Shown one piece after another: positions 47,999 to 61,863 of a stretch of 64,000 nucleotides of DNA (position 1 is the stretch's first letter; every line of letters begins with the position of its first letter). The position numbers and the translations under genes are program-made. The notes under the pieces are model-generated. The model was given only the letters and a program-made list of their open reading frames with translations, had not been told where the DNA came from and did not search any database. The DNA comes from Octopus sinensis (taxonomy: Eukaryota): contig NC_043010.1 in NCBI RefSeq assembly GCF_006345805.1, forward strand, positions 14,012,001-14,076,000. The letters run 5' to 3'.

Positions 47999-48320
47999 TA
48001 TATACATATATGCATACATATAAACATATACATATATATACACATATATATATATAATATATATATATTATATACATATATGCATACATATAAACATATA
48101 CATATATATACACATATATATATATATATATATGTATAAGAACATATATATATATGTATAAGAACATATATATATACATATATATATACATATATATACA
48201 TATATATATATATACATATATACATATATATACATATATATAACATATATATATATGCCTCTGTTCATTTATTTGTTTTTGTGCCTGTAATATTATATGT
48301 GTATATATATACACACACAC
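47920..48320. repeat. (CA)n/(TA)n/(TACATA)n microsatellite block
   Basis: Direct reading. Confidence 0.95.
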
Positions 48321-48321
48321 A

Positions 48322-48551
48322 CTGGGGGGTGAGGCTGAAAAGTTCCTGGCTTTGGGTAAAAGAAAATACAGGAAATTTCCATTAATTACGATTTTATTCA
48401 ACATATCCCCCTCCTCTCAAATTCACACACTTATTGCAGCAGTGCTTAAGTTTTCCTAAGCCCTTTTAAAAGAACACAGAGGGCTGGGCCTCTCACCAGG
48501 CCTTTCGTGATACCCTCAAAGCCAGGGATTTTCCAGCACCCCCCCCCCCTC
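48322..48551. mobile_element. mariner-like MITE
   Basis: GGGG..GCTGAAAAGTTCCTGGCTTT / AAAGCCAGGGATTTTCCAGCACCCC inverted ends. Confidence 0.75.
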
Positions 48552-49789
48552 ATATTTACTTATATGTAGCTAATTATGTCAGTAAATTCATAACCTAGAT
48601 TCACGCTGATTCCCACATTAAAACTTTGGTATAGATTTACTTATTTACTTATATACATGTAATGGACTATAAACATTCAACTACTGCACATCAGAAATAA
48701 GAATAAGGCACTTGAATATCTATTCATATAAACCACTACACTTATTATTATGTATGTATGTATGAATGAATGAATGTGTATGTGTGTGATTCCAATAAAT
48801 ATATATATATGTATTATTATATATGAATGTATATTTGTGTGTTTGTGTCTATCTGTCTATCTATCCATCTACCTACCCCACCATCTATCTATCTATCTAT
48901 CCACCCACCCATCACTCATCCATCATCTATCTATCTGTCTATCTATCGGTTTAGTCAGTGGAGGAAGAGCAGTGCCCATGATCCTTTTAAGGGCCACCAT
49001 CATTTGAAAAGCACATTATAAAGATACCCAAAAGCAAGTGCTGGTGTTGGAATGGGTGATAGATTAAGTCTACCACAACAATTATTATAAACTATAAAGA
49101 GAGGAGAGATGGTGTTTGTAACATTTGTAGGAGGCCTTACAACAAAGGTCATGAAGGATGCCTCTCTTCCTCTGATGAATAAAAGATAAATTATAGAAAA
49201 ATATTTTGTATATAGGGCAGTGGCTAGCAGAATTGATAGTGTAGTAGACATGAGTCCAGATCCTGTTGATTTTCAAATCCCTGGAAGAGATGACAAAGCT
49301 AAAATCCCCAGAAGGGATGATAAAGGCTAAGATAAACTAAGTACTTTCAATGAACACTGGTCAAGAACTGAGATTGATATAGTTTACTATAAAATCTATT
49401 TGCACTTATCAAAAAAAAAAAAAGCTGTGGCCTTGCAACTAGGTCAGCAATTATTGTTGTTGTTGCTGTTTAACTAAAGTGAAAATTTGCTGAATTTGCA
49501 GAAAGGTTTGAGAGTCTAAGAGAGATATTCCTGTGTTGATTTTAGTAAAGGTGATGAGCTGGCAGAATCGTAATAGCATCAGAGAAAATGCTTTGCAGCA
49601 TTCATACCAGTTCCTTCTGAGTTCAAATCCTACTGAGGTCACCTTCACTTTTCCCCCTTTCAGGGGTCAATAAAATAAAGTACCAGTCAATTATTGGTGT
49701 TGATATAATCGACTTTGCCTCTCACTACCACCACCACCACCTCAGAAATTGCTGGCCTTGTGCCAAAATTTGAAACTATTATTATTATT

Positions 49790-50400
49790 ATCATTGAGTG
49801 AGAGAGCAGTGCATGCCATCAAAGTGACACGGGAGTAAAATATACGAAGCCCAGTATACCCATCATGACTACCCGTCTGATAAAGGTACACCACTCACAT
49901 GCATCACAAACATATGCACAATGTGATGATCTTATATCAAGATAAACAGCACATGATTTTGCAGGTGGGGCCCAGTTAGAATTTTTTTCAGGTTTGAGTA
50001 GCCCATCTCACTGAAAAGGTACCTGAATAAGGGTTGCTTAAGGATATTGAATGAAACACCCATGTTTCCAAAGGTGAATCATTCAAACCTCCAAGAATTC
50101 CTTTCAACATACGGCCATGATGCTCCCCCACTACTTCTGCTCGTGATCAGAGATGCACATATCATCAGCCACTAAGGGACATGGTCAACTGTTTAAGGTC
50201 AAACAACTGACAAGCAAATCTGTGGTATTGAGCAGAATATTTGCTGTAGCCCATCTCTTATACCAAGACAAAACAATGTACATGATAACATTTCGAATGA
50301 GTTTAGGTCAGAAGCCATGAGATCCACTGCCTGGTACTGCATCAGGGCATAGCCACGAGAGCCTTCTGTCTGGTACTGCATCAGGGTATTTATCATTATT
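49790..50400 (-). mobile_element. Non-coding interspersed repeat, probable LINE 3' UTR with (AAT)n tail
   Basis: 50085-50240 matches 9928-10090; ends at an (ATT)n tract. Confidence 0.55.
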
Positions 50401-51933
50401 ATTATTATTATTATTAAGGCAGCTGAGTTGTTGTGTTGGACAAAATGGTTTGTGGGATTTTTCCAGCTCTTTACATTCTGAGTTCAAATTCCACTGATGT
50501 CAACTTTGCCTTTCAGGGTCAATGAAATAAGTGTCAGTTGAGCACTGGAGTTGATGTAATCAGCCAACCCCTCCCTCAAAATTTCAGGCCTTGTGTTCTG
50601 TAGTAGAAAGGGTTATTATTATCATTATTATTAGAATGGTAGAGTGATAGAATTGTTAAGTGTTGGACAAAAATGTCATGCAGTATTTGTCTCTTTACAT
50701 TCTGGGTTCAAACCCTGCTGAGATCAACTTTGCCTTTTGTCTTCTCCGGGTCAATAAAATAGATTACCAGTCAAATACTTGCATCAATGGTATCAACTAA
50801 CAAAAAGGCAGCAAGCTGGCAGAATCTTTAGCATGCCGGGTGAAATGCTTTGTGGTATTTTGTCCGCCGCTGCGTTCTGAGTTCAAATTCCGCCAAGGTC
50901 GACTTTGCCTTTCATCCTTTCGGGGTCGATAAATTAAGTACCAGTGATGCACTGGGGTCAATGTAATCGACTTAATCTGTTTGTCTGTTAGCCCCTTGTG
51001 GGCAATAAAGAAATAGGTATCAACTAACTCTATCCTCCAAAAATTACTAGTTTTCTGGCCAATTTAGAAATGAGTATTATTAATTATGAATGCAATGCAT
51101 TTGGCAGAGACAACAGAAGTGCTGGACAATTTGTCTTTTAGTTTGATATTTAGGTCAGTGTGTTTTGAGTTCAAATCCTGTCATGGTTGACTTGGCCTTT
51201 CACTTTTGGGAGTCAATAAAATAAGTACTTGTTACTGTTCTTTATCCCCAGGTCAGCCCCTATTAAGTAGTCTTATGTTCAAAAGCATTCTTGTCATGAT
51301 CATCTTAGCTTTTTCATATTTGTTGGGAATCTGGGATTGCATTATCCAACATACCCTTTTCTAAGATGGTAGCATGTGATTTGTAGGATATTTGGTTGCT
51401 ATTTCTTGTGAGCTGAGCAACCACCATGGTCAAAATTTCTCTATATTAAAGTTCCTGGGTTCAAATCCTACCTAGATGAAGTTTGCCTTTCCATCCCTTC
51501 AGGATAGATAAAATAAAGTACCAAATCAAGCAAACAGTGTTGATTGCCTCAGTGAATTTCTCAGTATTTGTTGGCTAAATTAGAATCAGATTTTTATCAG
51601 TGTTGCAACTCTGCCATCCTCTTCCCCCCCACTGAAGTTTGACACTTGTACTTTTACATAACAAGGAAAATATATATATGCCATATTCCCCTCTCTGCTA
51701 CCTCCTTTTACAGGTTGCTAGAGCAGGGTGGAATGAAGGGAGGGAGGGAGGATGTGCTTATATTACCCATGAATCTAGGGTGATAGAAGGAGTTGTGGTT
51801 GATATTGTGAAAGCTTTCTTTCTTCTCGTGTGGAATTTAGACAATTTTTAATAAGTACCAAATGTTGTTTATCTCTAGTGTCCCACTGCCTTTGTTTCCA
51901 ACTGTTGTCTGTTCTCTCTCGGCAGGACATCAC

Positions 51934-52060
51934 CTGGATGGCTGCAGAGATGCGGGGAGTAGTCGCCAAGTGTGCTGTTGTTGTTGTTGTTGTTTCCTCC
52001 ACACCTCTTGCATCTACTCTTCCTTCATCTCTTTGCTGGCTTGTTACTCCTGCCTACAGT
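51934..52060 (-). CDS. Candidate exon with ATG (MQEVWRKQQQQQQHTWRLLPASLQPS)
   Basis: Acceptor ATTTCATTTTAG, ATG at 52013, donor CAG|GTGATG; unique sequence. Confidence 0.2.
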
Positions 52061-52364
52061 CTAAAATGAAATCATAACATTTAATCTACTGTCGACCTTT
52101 TAACCTATATTAAAAACCCTGTTTGTGGTGTGTATGCACAGAGAGAGAGAGAGTGTGTGTGTGTGTAGGAGCAAGGAGAAATGTGAACTTTTGAAAATGA
52201 AAGATGGTTATACACTATGTACCAACTATCAACTTTTCCCTTTCCGCCTCTGACTGATCAAGTCATGTACTCGTGTGTGTGCATGCGAGTGTATAAAGAC
52301 ATTCAATAAATATATACATTATTCATATATATTTTATATACTCACACACACACACATACATATA

Positions 52365-53237
52365 CAGGGTGCAGTGAATAAACTGTCCTAAATTACACAA
52401 AAATGAAAATAACACTGACATCTCATTTTAACAGATATACTTAGCAAAATTACACAAAAATATCTTGAAATACTAATGAGTAAATTTATTCAAAAAAATC
52501 CCCATTGGCTTCAACCATGGCCTCCAGATGACTTCAGAATCCCCTGCAACTCTTCTGGATGGTCTCCTTGTTTTAAGTTGGTGAATGCTGCCATAATCCT
52601 TGCATTCAGTTCATCTTTGGTGTTACAAGGAGTTTTGTTGGTCTTTTGCTCAACTGCACCCCACACATAATAATCAAGGGGGTTTGCTGTCTGGGGAGTT
52701 AGGTGGCCAGATGTTAGGGGTGATGTGGTCGCAGAAATTGTCTGACAGCCATGACTGGGTTCTGCTGCTTGTGTGGAATGGTGTAGAGTCCTGTTGCCAG
52801 ACATAGGGTCTTGGCCCAGGGAAGCACCTTCTTGGCCCAAGAGAGCACTACTCCCTCCAGGTACTTGATGTAGGCCTCCATGTTGAGCCTGAAGCTGTAT
52901 GGGAAGATGAATGGAGGCATAGCGTTGCCATCACTAGTGATCACTCCAAACACCATGATATTGACTGGATGTTTGATCTTTATCACTCTTGGTACATGCA
53001 CTGTCCTCAGATTGACACGCAAACACTCTGAAATGTTCGTATTTGAGCCTCTGGTACAAATGCCAAGCAGTACAGCATGTCATTTCCAAATTTCTGACAG
53101 TGTCATGGTACTGTTTTTCTCACAGACAGTGCCCAACTGACCCTACTATACTGTGTAGTTGACAAAACCCAAAACAAAGTATGTGCATGCATGAAATAAA
53201 AAATATAAAATGGCAACAATTTACCCATTGCACCCTG
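52365..53237 (-). pseudogene. Internally deleted maT/DD37D Tc1-mariner transposon
   Basis: TIRs CAGGGTGCAGTGAATAAACTGT / ACAATTTACCCATTGCACCCTG; KHPVNIMVFGVITSDG; QQD-STPFH...WPPNSPDSKP(fs)L-DYYVW gives a 37-aa spacer. Confidence 0.88.
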
Positions 53238-53500
53238 TTTAGTGGAAACTAAAGATGGGTACAAGTGTATATTATTAGTTCTTGCATATGTTTTACCATT
53301 GCAATGGTGAAATGTATGTAGTAATTAATAATTAATCTTTGTGTTTATCTTAATTTTCCCACACATATGCTCTGTATATCATAACTAGTAACACTACTAA
53401 TTACAGTGTCTAACTAACCACTATATGGGAAGCTGATTGGATAATGACAATCTACATGGAGCTCTGACTCATACAGAAGTACTTGGTTGTACATCTAACT

Positions 53501-54157
53501 CAGTAGTTCTCAACCAGGGTCCATCTGGCCCTTGGGGGGGTCCATGTAAGATTTTGTTGTTAAGATATATCTATGGTAAATTGCTTTTACTTCTACAATA
53601 CTCTTTTACTTGTTTCAGTCATTTGACTGTGGCCATGCTGGAGCACCACCTTTAGTCGAGCAAATCGACCCCACGACTTATTCTTTGTAAGCCTAGTACT
53701 TATTCTATCGGTCTCCTTTGACGAACCGCTAAGTTACGGGGACGTAAACACACCAGCATCGGTTGTCAAGCGATATTGGGAGGACAAACACAGATACACA
53801 AACACATACACACACACACATACATATATATACGACGGGCTTCTTTCAGTTTCCGTCTACCAAATCCACTCACAAGGCTTTGGTCGGCCCGAGGCTATAG
53901 TAGAAGACACTTGCCCAAGGTGTCACGCAGTGGGACTGAACCCGGAACCATGTGGTCGGTAAGCAAGCTACTTGCCACACAGCCACTCATTCAGAATATT
54001 TAAATAATTTTTTTTCTTTTTTTATAATTCCTAATAATATTCAATTATAAAAAATATATGATTCTTTGAAACTTCGAATGGTTTTGAAGGTCCATCTGAG
54101 TAAAATGGGAATCTAAGGGGTCCATAGCTAAAAAAAAAAAAATGTTGAGAAACACTG
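53501..54157. mobile_element. hAT MITE with nested SINE A (53595-53990)
   Basis: CAGTAGTTCTCAAC...GTTGAGAAACACTG; perfect 8-bp TSD ATCTAACT. Confidence 0.9.
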
Positions 54158-55484
54158 ATCTAACTGCACACACACACATGCAATTCCAGTTGATCAGTCA
54201 CTGGAACTAGCTAAATTACTGACGTTGCAGTGTAAGCGGCTGATTATTCTACAGACATGTGTAGGCTTGAAGTAATCCTTTGAAGAATCCGGGTAACAAG
54301 GCTTGGATGCTTGAAATTACAGTCGCAAAGTTTCTGTCTATCCAATTTCATTCACAAGTTTTGGGTCAACTTGAGATTATATTGAGAAAAAAACACTTGC
54401 TCAGTGTGTTGTGCTGAGGGATTGAACCGGAAAATTCATGAAGGTCTTGTGAATAATTTGGCCATGTCTGCAACAAGATATCTACAAGTATGCATGTATG
54501 CGCACGTTCATTCATGCATATGTATTATGTGAGGGTGCATAGCCTAATGGTTGGTGAGTTGCAAGACAAGACAAACACAACACACACACATACACATGGC
54601 AGCTTTGGTCGGCCTGGGGCTATAGTAGAAGATAATTGCTCAAGGTGCCATACAGTGGGACTGAACCCCAAACCATTTGGTCCGGAAGTGAATTTCTTAA
54701 CCACACAGCCATACCTACACTTATACATTAAATACACATTTACATTCATGAGGAAGGGCATCCAGCCGTAGAAACACTGCCAGATCAGACTGGAGCCTGG
54801 TGCAGCCTTCTGGCTTCCCAGACCCCAGTTGAACCGTCCAACCCATGCTAGCATGGAAAGCGGACGTTAAACGATGATGATGATGATTCCCATAATACTT
54901 CTGCATCTGGCCAAACTGAATATTAATGAATATTAATCTCATTAGCTTCACCATCCCACCTCACTCTAATCTAGGTCTAGGGCCTTATAAGATTATGAAC
55001 AATATCCTCTCTCAAACAAGCAATTTGAATAAAACAAATTATTCATGTCTAATATCGTAGACATTGAATTTAATTTCTTGCGATTATTGCTTACATAGCA
55101 CTTGTTGATAGTCACACATGATCCGTCTGTTTCCCGCAGTGTGAGCTGTGGGCTTTATGAGATATTATTATTCCATATATTAGTACACAGCACTGCTATA
55201 ACTATGTAACAAACACCATATGTCGTGCATAGTACACTATATATTATACTAAATCAGACATGGGTAACAGTGTATGTAGCAGAGACAACATTGATTTTAT
55301 ACTAAATAAATTATAAGAATATATTAGTTGAACCTAACAAAAATCTTACAAAATCCTAGTAAAAAGGTATGTTTATATAAGCATGATTTTGCATAAGCTA
55401 TAAATAAAAAAAATTAAAAGTTGTAAAGACCTTAGAATGTTGTCAGTTGCCCATACCTGTTATAAATGGTATTGATGTTATTGT

Positions 55485-56455
55485 GATAAGGTGGCGAGCT
55501 GGCAGAAACGTTAGCTCGCCGGGTGAAATGCTTAGCGGTATTTCGTCTGCGTTACGTTGTGAGTTCAAATTCTGCCGAGGTCGACTTTGCCTTTCATCCT
55601 TTCGGAGTTGATAAATTAAGTACCAGTTACGCAATGGGGTCGATGTAATCGACTTAATACTTATGTCTGTCCTTGTTTGTCCCCTCTGTGTTTATCCCCT
55701 TGTGGGTAATAAAGAAATAGGTATTGATGTTATTGTGTCTGTTGATATCTAAACTGAAGGCGCGTGGCTCAGTGGTTAGAGCGTTGAGCTTACGATCGTG
55801 AGGTTGTGAGCTCGAATCCTGGACCGGGCTGCGTGTTGTGTTCTTGAGCAAGACGCTTTATTTCAGGTAGCTTCAGTTCACTCACTGTAGAAATGAGTTG
55901 CGACGTCACAGGTGCCAAGCTGTATCGGCCCCTTTTGCCTTTCCCTTGGATAACACTGGTGGTGTGGAGAGGGGAGGCCGGTATGCATGGGCGACTGCTG
56001 GTCTTCCATAAAACAACCTTGCCCGGTTGCAAGCCCATGGTCAGTGTCTGACCAAAGGGGGTCACAAAAAAAATCACAACAATATCTAAACTCTTCTACT
56101 CCCTGTCTGTATGCATTTAAAAATTATATTGTGCATCTTTAGAGTTGAGGTCAGTGAGGAATAAATCTGCTCTGCCACTCTGTTGCAGGTTACAACTTCT
56201 TCATAATCTCTTAATTATACATATTTCTTTACAACCCACAAGGGGCTAAACACAGAGAGGACGAACAAGGACAAACAAATGGATTAAGTCTATTATATCG
56301 ACCCCAGTGCGTAACTGGTACTTATTTAATCGACCCCGAAAGGATGAAAGGCAAAGTCAACCTCGGTGGAATTTGAACTCAGAATGTAGCAGCAGGCGAA
56401 ATACTGCTAAGCATTTCGCCCAGCGTGCTAACGATTCTGCCAGCTCGGTGCCTTC
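55485..56455. mobile_element. SINE cluster: B plus (55485-55720), C plus (55755-56030), B minus (56225-56455)
   Basis: Family matches. Confidence 0.8.
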
Positions 56456-56809
56456 ATAATCTCTTAATTATACAGCTGGCAGCTGAGAGTGAACTAGAGC
56501 AATGCTGAGTCAAGAGTGCTTGGCTCTCTACGTTGATTCATTGATAGATGATATTTTCCTGAAACGATGCCAGTCTCTCATCTTTTAAAAGTAGCACCCC
56601 TACCAGTATGTCCACATTCCAATGGTGTTTTAATTTTTGCCTTTCATCTTTCCAGAGTGGATAAAATGTATATCAGTCAAGTACTGTGATTGATACAATC
56701 AACAACTGTAAAACACACACACATCCTCTTTCTCTTTCTCTCTTTCTCTCTCTCTCTCTCTCATCCCTCTCTGTATCTGATTGATATCATAAACTGTAGG
56801 GTTAGGGTA

Positions 56810-57235
56810 CTCTGTCTCTCTCTTCCCCTCCCTCTCTCTTCCTATCTTGCCCCTGCTCTCTCTCTCTCTCCACCTATCTCTCTCCTGCTCTCTCTCTCTC
56901 CCTATCTCTCCCCTGCTCTCTCTCTCCCCCTTGCTCTCTATCTCTCCCCTGCTCTCTCTCTCTCTCTCTCTCTCTCCCTATCTCTTCCCTGCTCTTTCTC
57001 TCTCCCTATCTCTCCCCTGCTCTCTCTCTCCCCCTATCTCTCTTCTGCTCTCTCTCTCTCCCCTGCTCTCTCTCCCTATCTCTCCCCTGCTCTTTCTCTC
57101 CCCTATCTTTCCCCTGCTCTCTCTCTCCCTATCTCTCCCCTGCTCTTTCTCTCTCTCCCCTATCTCTCCCCTGCTCTCTCTCTCTCTCTCCCTATCTCTC
57201 TCTCTCCCTCCCTCCCCATCTCTCCCCTGGTCTCT
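56810..57235. repeat. Pyrimidine-rich minisatellite (TCTCCCCTGCTCTCTCTCTCCCTA-like units)
   Basis: Direct reading; about 15 variable-length units. Confidence 0.9.
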
Positions 57236-57245
57236 CGCACACAAC

Positions 57246-57278
<33 letters not shown>

Positions 57279-57949
57279 CGATGCGCTTTCACACAGTATC
57301 TGTCTACTAAATTCACTCACAAGGTATTAATCAGCCCAGGGTTATAGTAGTGGATACTTGCCCCAGGTACTGTACAGTGGGTTTGAACCTGCAACCATGT
57401 GGTTGCAGAGTGTGCTTCCTAAACACACAGCTATACATGTGCTTATACTATTCCTACTTAGCTTTGTATATATTTTTATCTCCTTGTGCCAATACAAAGC
57501 AGTCAGTTTTCTTAAAACTAAAATTTGCTTTCAATCTAAAGTTAAATATTTTTTTTCTTTATTTCTTTAAGTAAATATTTTTTTTTTTAAATAATTAGAA
57601 TTTTTTTCAGTTTCGTTATTTTGAAAATAATGAAATATAATTCTCTGTGCTAAATGTTCTAAACTTGAGAGAAATGGGTTAAAATTGAACACACCCTTGT
57701 AATGTAATAAATTGCTATAAATTATTTTATTGTTAATGGTTAATCTTGCATTACAACTGATGCTGTGGAATATTAGTTTAAATAAAATGGGATATTCTGT
57801 TGTGTCTGGGGAGAGTCATTTATATACAATATAAAATTCAAAATTTAAATCATTTAAATTTAAAGTTAAAATTTAATATATATATTTATACTATAAAATT
57901 AGATTTAATCCTAAATCTAATTTTTCCCTGTAAGTTTGGATTTACTCCC

Positions 57950-58000
<51 letters not shown>

Positions 58001-58226
58001 TACCTAAGTGTATATGATTATGTGATTGTGCAGCTGTATTGATGTGTATTTGTGTGCAGATGCATATGTATGTTGTGCATGTGTAGCTATGTATACTGTG
58101 TTTGTTTTTGGGTGTGTTTATTTATTTGAGACTATGTATGAGAAAATGTAGTAGACGTGTGGGTGTTTATTCCAAGTCGTTCAAGATTGATTAGCTTCCT
58201 CTTGTCTACTGAGGTTTTAGCACTCT

Positions 58227-58240
58227 GTTTCCATGGTAAC
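58227..58240. promoter_or_regulatory. RFX X-box
   Basis: GTTTCC-AT-GGTAAC matches the GTHNYY-AT-RRNAAC consensus, in unique TE-free DNA. Confidence 0.6.
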
Positions 58241-58244
58241 AGAA

Positions 58245-58358
58245 GCAAAGCCAACAATTTCGCCTCTCACTCACTCACCCACAGCCCCCCTCCTTAACCC
58301 ATTAGTTGAAATTTCTTTCTGTTCAAGGAGATTGATTGGAGGGCAGACAAAATTAAAA
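58245..58358 (+). other. Candidate non-coding first exon
   Basis: Directly 3' of the X-box; donor AAA|GTAAGA at 58359; start position is a guess. Confidence 0.35.
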
Positions 58359-58889
58359 GTAAGACACTAGGATCTGAGGAAACTAGTAATGATAGATGTC
58401 TACAAATAGTAATGTAAATAGGTCACACAACACAATAGGTTTTTATGTTGTGAGGAAGAAGAGAAAGAAATTCGATGTTTTTAGCAGAGCCCTTTGTCCA
58501 AGAGAAATTTAGCATTGTGATTATTTAATGGTAGCAGAGAGGGGAAATCAGTAGATAAATTGTACAGTTGTGTTCTAGATATTAAATCTTACCCGAGTTG
58601 CTATTGCCTTTCATCTTTTCGGAATCAGTAAACTCAAGTACAGGTATAGGATTGATGAAATCAAGTACAATTCAAGTACTGAATAAATTAAGGTACCAGT
58701 CAAGTACTGGGAGGTGTGGATCCAATGAAATAAAGTACCTGTCAAGTACTGGACTTGATTAAAAAAAGAAAAAAAAGAAGTCCCAGTCAGTTATCAGGTA
58801 AAATAAAGTAGTACCAATGGTTAATGAAATGAAGGAACAATCAAGCACTTAGGCCAGTGTTACAAATTTTTGCTAAATATTTCTAACTA

Positions 58890-59040
58890 AACTGTGTGGT
58901 AAGTAGCTTGCTTGCCAACCACATGGTTCCGGGTTCAGTCCCACTGCGTGGCACCTTGGGCAAGTGTCTTCTACTATAGCCTCGGGCCGACCAATGCCTT
59001 GTGAGTGAATTTGGTAGACGGAAACTGAAAGAAGCCTGTC

Positions 59041-59081
<41 letters not shown>

Positions 59082-59285
59082 TGTTTGTCCCCCTAGCATT
59101 GCTTGACAACCGATGCTGGTGTGTTTATGTTCCCATCACTTAGCGGTTCGGCAAAACAGACCGATAGAATAAGTACTGGGCTTACAAAAGAATAAGTCCC
59201 AGGGTCGAGTTGCTCGATTAAAAAAGGCGGTGCTCCAGCATGGCCGCAGTCAAATGACTGAAACAAGTAAAAGAGTAAAAGAGTA
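58890..59285 (+). mobile_element. SINE family A
   Basis: Family consensus match. Confidence 0.9.
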
Positions 59286-59460
59286 AACTGATGCATGTGC
59301 TTGTCTAATTAGTATTGGTTTGACCCAGGTTAGCCCTGATCAAGTAGATGTACGGTGAAAGCCAGTTTGGCCATGACAATCCCCTTTTTTTTTTTATTAA
59401 AAAATTTGTTTTGGACAGTGAACTGGCTAATGTGTTAATATGTTGTTTTTCTCTTTTTAA

Positions 59461-59680
59461 CCCTTTAACAATCAGATTACTCTGTCAAATGTAAAGCCTG
59501 TTTAATTACATTGTTTTAAATTAATTGTACAGCATCTTGTAACTCTGAGATTTTGATGACGACCCTGTTTATTTTTAGAATGACTTTGTAGGGTAGGTGT
59601 GAGAGGTCAGAGCTGGCTGGTTTGAGCATAAAACAGGAAGACAATTTTGGCCTGATATGGCCGGTTGAAACACTAAAGGG
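59461..59680. mobile_element. piggyBac-like MITE family 2
   Basis: TTAA|CCCTTTAA...CTAAAGGG|TTAA. Confidence 0.85.
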
Positions 59681-60354
59681 TTAAAGATGGTAGTGCATGG
59701 TTTGAGGGAAATTTGGTTGCTATGTCTAGTAAATCATGTAATGACATATAGGGACTATTGTTAGTATTTGTGGAAAAGAAAGAAGCTGTTGGAAGATGAT
59801 CTGTGTTCAATTCCTACCAAGGTCAGCTCTGCCTGCTTTTCATCCCTCAGGTTGTACATAGCTCAGTAGTGAGGGTTGATATAATCATCAAAATCCCTCC
59901 TCCAACGTTTGAGGAACACTATTATTTAATGGTTGAGTAACAGAAAATGATAGATTTGCAGATATAAATGCTTCATAGTACTTTGTCCTTCTCTGCTGAA
60001 TTGAAATCTCCAACACTTTTTCTTCCAGTCTCTGATTTTGATCAAAATATGTACCAATCATTTGTGACTATACATCTTAACTAAAATTTGTCGCTCATTG
60101 CTAGATATCATCATCATCATCATCATTATTATTAGTATTAGTATTTGTGTTTGTTATTATTATTCTTTTTTTATACTGATCTATGCTATGTACACGTCCA
60201 TTTCTTTCATTTCTACATTTCATTTCATCATTCCTTACCACGTAAATCACCGCATTCTATGTCTGTCTTTGTATTGTCACCCCTCATCCTTTGCCCAGAT
60301 GCTAAATAAAAGAAATTATTAATATCATCATCATCATCATTATTATTAAGAAGA

Positions 60355-60770
60355 TAACGAGCTGGCAGAATCGTTAGCACGCCGGGCGAAATGCGTAGCC
60401 GTATTTCGTCTGCCGTTACGTTCTGAGTTCAAATTCCGCCGAGGTCGACTTTGCCTTTCATCCTTTCGGGGTCGATAAATTAAGTACCAGTTACGCACTG
60501 GGGTCGATATAATAGACTTAATACCTATGTCTGTCCTTGTTTGTCCTCTCTGTGTTCAGCCCCTTGTGGGCAGTAAAGAAATAGGTATTTCGTCTGCCGT
60601 TACGTTCTGAGTTCAAATTCCGCCGAGGTCGACTTTGCCTTTCATCCTTTTGGGGTCGATAAATTAAGTACCAGTTACGCACTGGGGTCGATATAATCGA
60701 CTTAATCCATTTGTCTGTCCTTGTTTGTCCTCTCTGTGTTTAGCCCCTTGTGGGTAGTAAAGAAATAAGA
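60355..60770 (+). mobile_element. Young SINE B dimer
   Basis: Full monomer, then a second starting at GTATTTCGTC after AAAGAAATAG; CpGs intact. Confidence 0.9.
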
Positions 60771-61404
60771 ATTGTTAGCATGCTGGATGAAATGCTTAGA
60801 GGCCTTTCTTCCTGCTCTTTACTTTCTAGGTTCAAATTCTGCTAAGCTTGAGTTTACCATTTCATCCTTTCGGGGTTGATGAAATAAGTACCATTTAAAC
60901 ACCAGGGTTGATGTAATTGACGAGCCCCACGTCCGCCCAAACTTTTAGCCACATGCCTATTGTAGAAAAAATTATTGTTATTATTGTTATTATTATTATT
61001 ATTATTAGTATTAAGGTGGTGAGCTGGCAGAATCGTTAGCATGTCTGGGAAAATGCTTAGCAGCATTTTACCCATCTTTATGTTCTGAGTTCAAATTCCG
61101 TTGAGTTCGACTTTTGAGGTCCTTTTGAGGTCAATAAATTAAGTACCAGTCGAGTACTGGGGTCGATGTAATTGTCTTACACCTCCCCCAAAATTTCAGG
61201 ACTTGTGCCTTTAGTGGAAAGGATTATTATTATCATGATGAGTTGGCAGAATCCTTAGCAACTTGGACAAAAAAAATGGCATTTCTTCCTACTCTTCACC
61301 TTCAGGGTAGATAAAATGAGTAACTAGTCAGGTACTGGAGTGGATGAAATTGACTAGCTCCCTCTCCCAGAATTTCAGGCCCTTGGCTAGAATGAAAAGA
61401 GGGA

Positions 61405-61832
61405 TTATTATGCCTCATCAACTTTTTCAAGTTCCACTTGAAAAGGAAGATGAGAGTAGAGAGGGAAGTGCTGTCTCGTGGCAAATTTATTGAAAGGTGG
61501 GTGAATGTCGCAAGAATGGCCAGTATGAACGGACCAATTCTGAGGATACACCTGTAAAAAAAAAGGTAATATATAAAAGGAGAAAGGAGCTCTCTACCCC
61601 CCTTCCCTTTTGCCCAGGCTCCCGTGGTTTTTATGGGGTTTTCCATGAGTAACCTTTTCGAAGCGCCTCCCCCTATTGGGAGTTTTACTTTGTTATATAT
61701 TTTCGTTGTTATCTTGCATTTTTACACGGACTTTACAAACAGATAAAACCCTTTTTGTAACTTTCGTCCTGTATTTTGTCCTTAAATGTTTTATTTGATT
61801 TTTGTTAGCCCTTGTGGCCAATAAACAAATTA

Positions 61833-61862
<30 letters not shown>
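61405..61862 (+). mobile_element. L1/Tx1-like LINE 3' end
   Basis: LINFFKFHLKRKMRVEREVLSRGKFIERWVNVARMASM; (TTA)n tail; homologous to 28050-28615. Confidence 0.7.

Positions 61863-61863
<1 letters not shown>

Noticed and set aside
60440-60520. HDV- or twister-like ribozyme in the SINE B central domain
   Set aside because: I could assemble only simple hairpins; the P1/P4 or pseudoknot partners are missing. An Infernal search would be decisive
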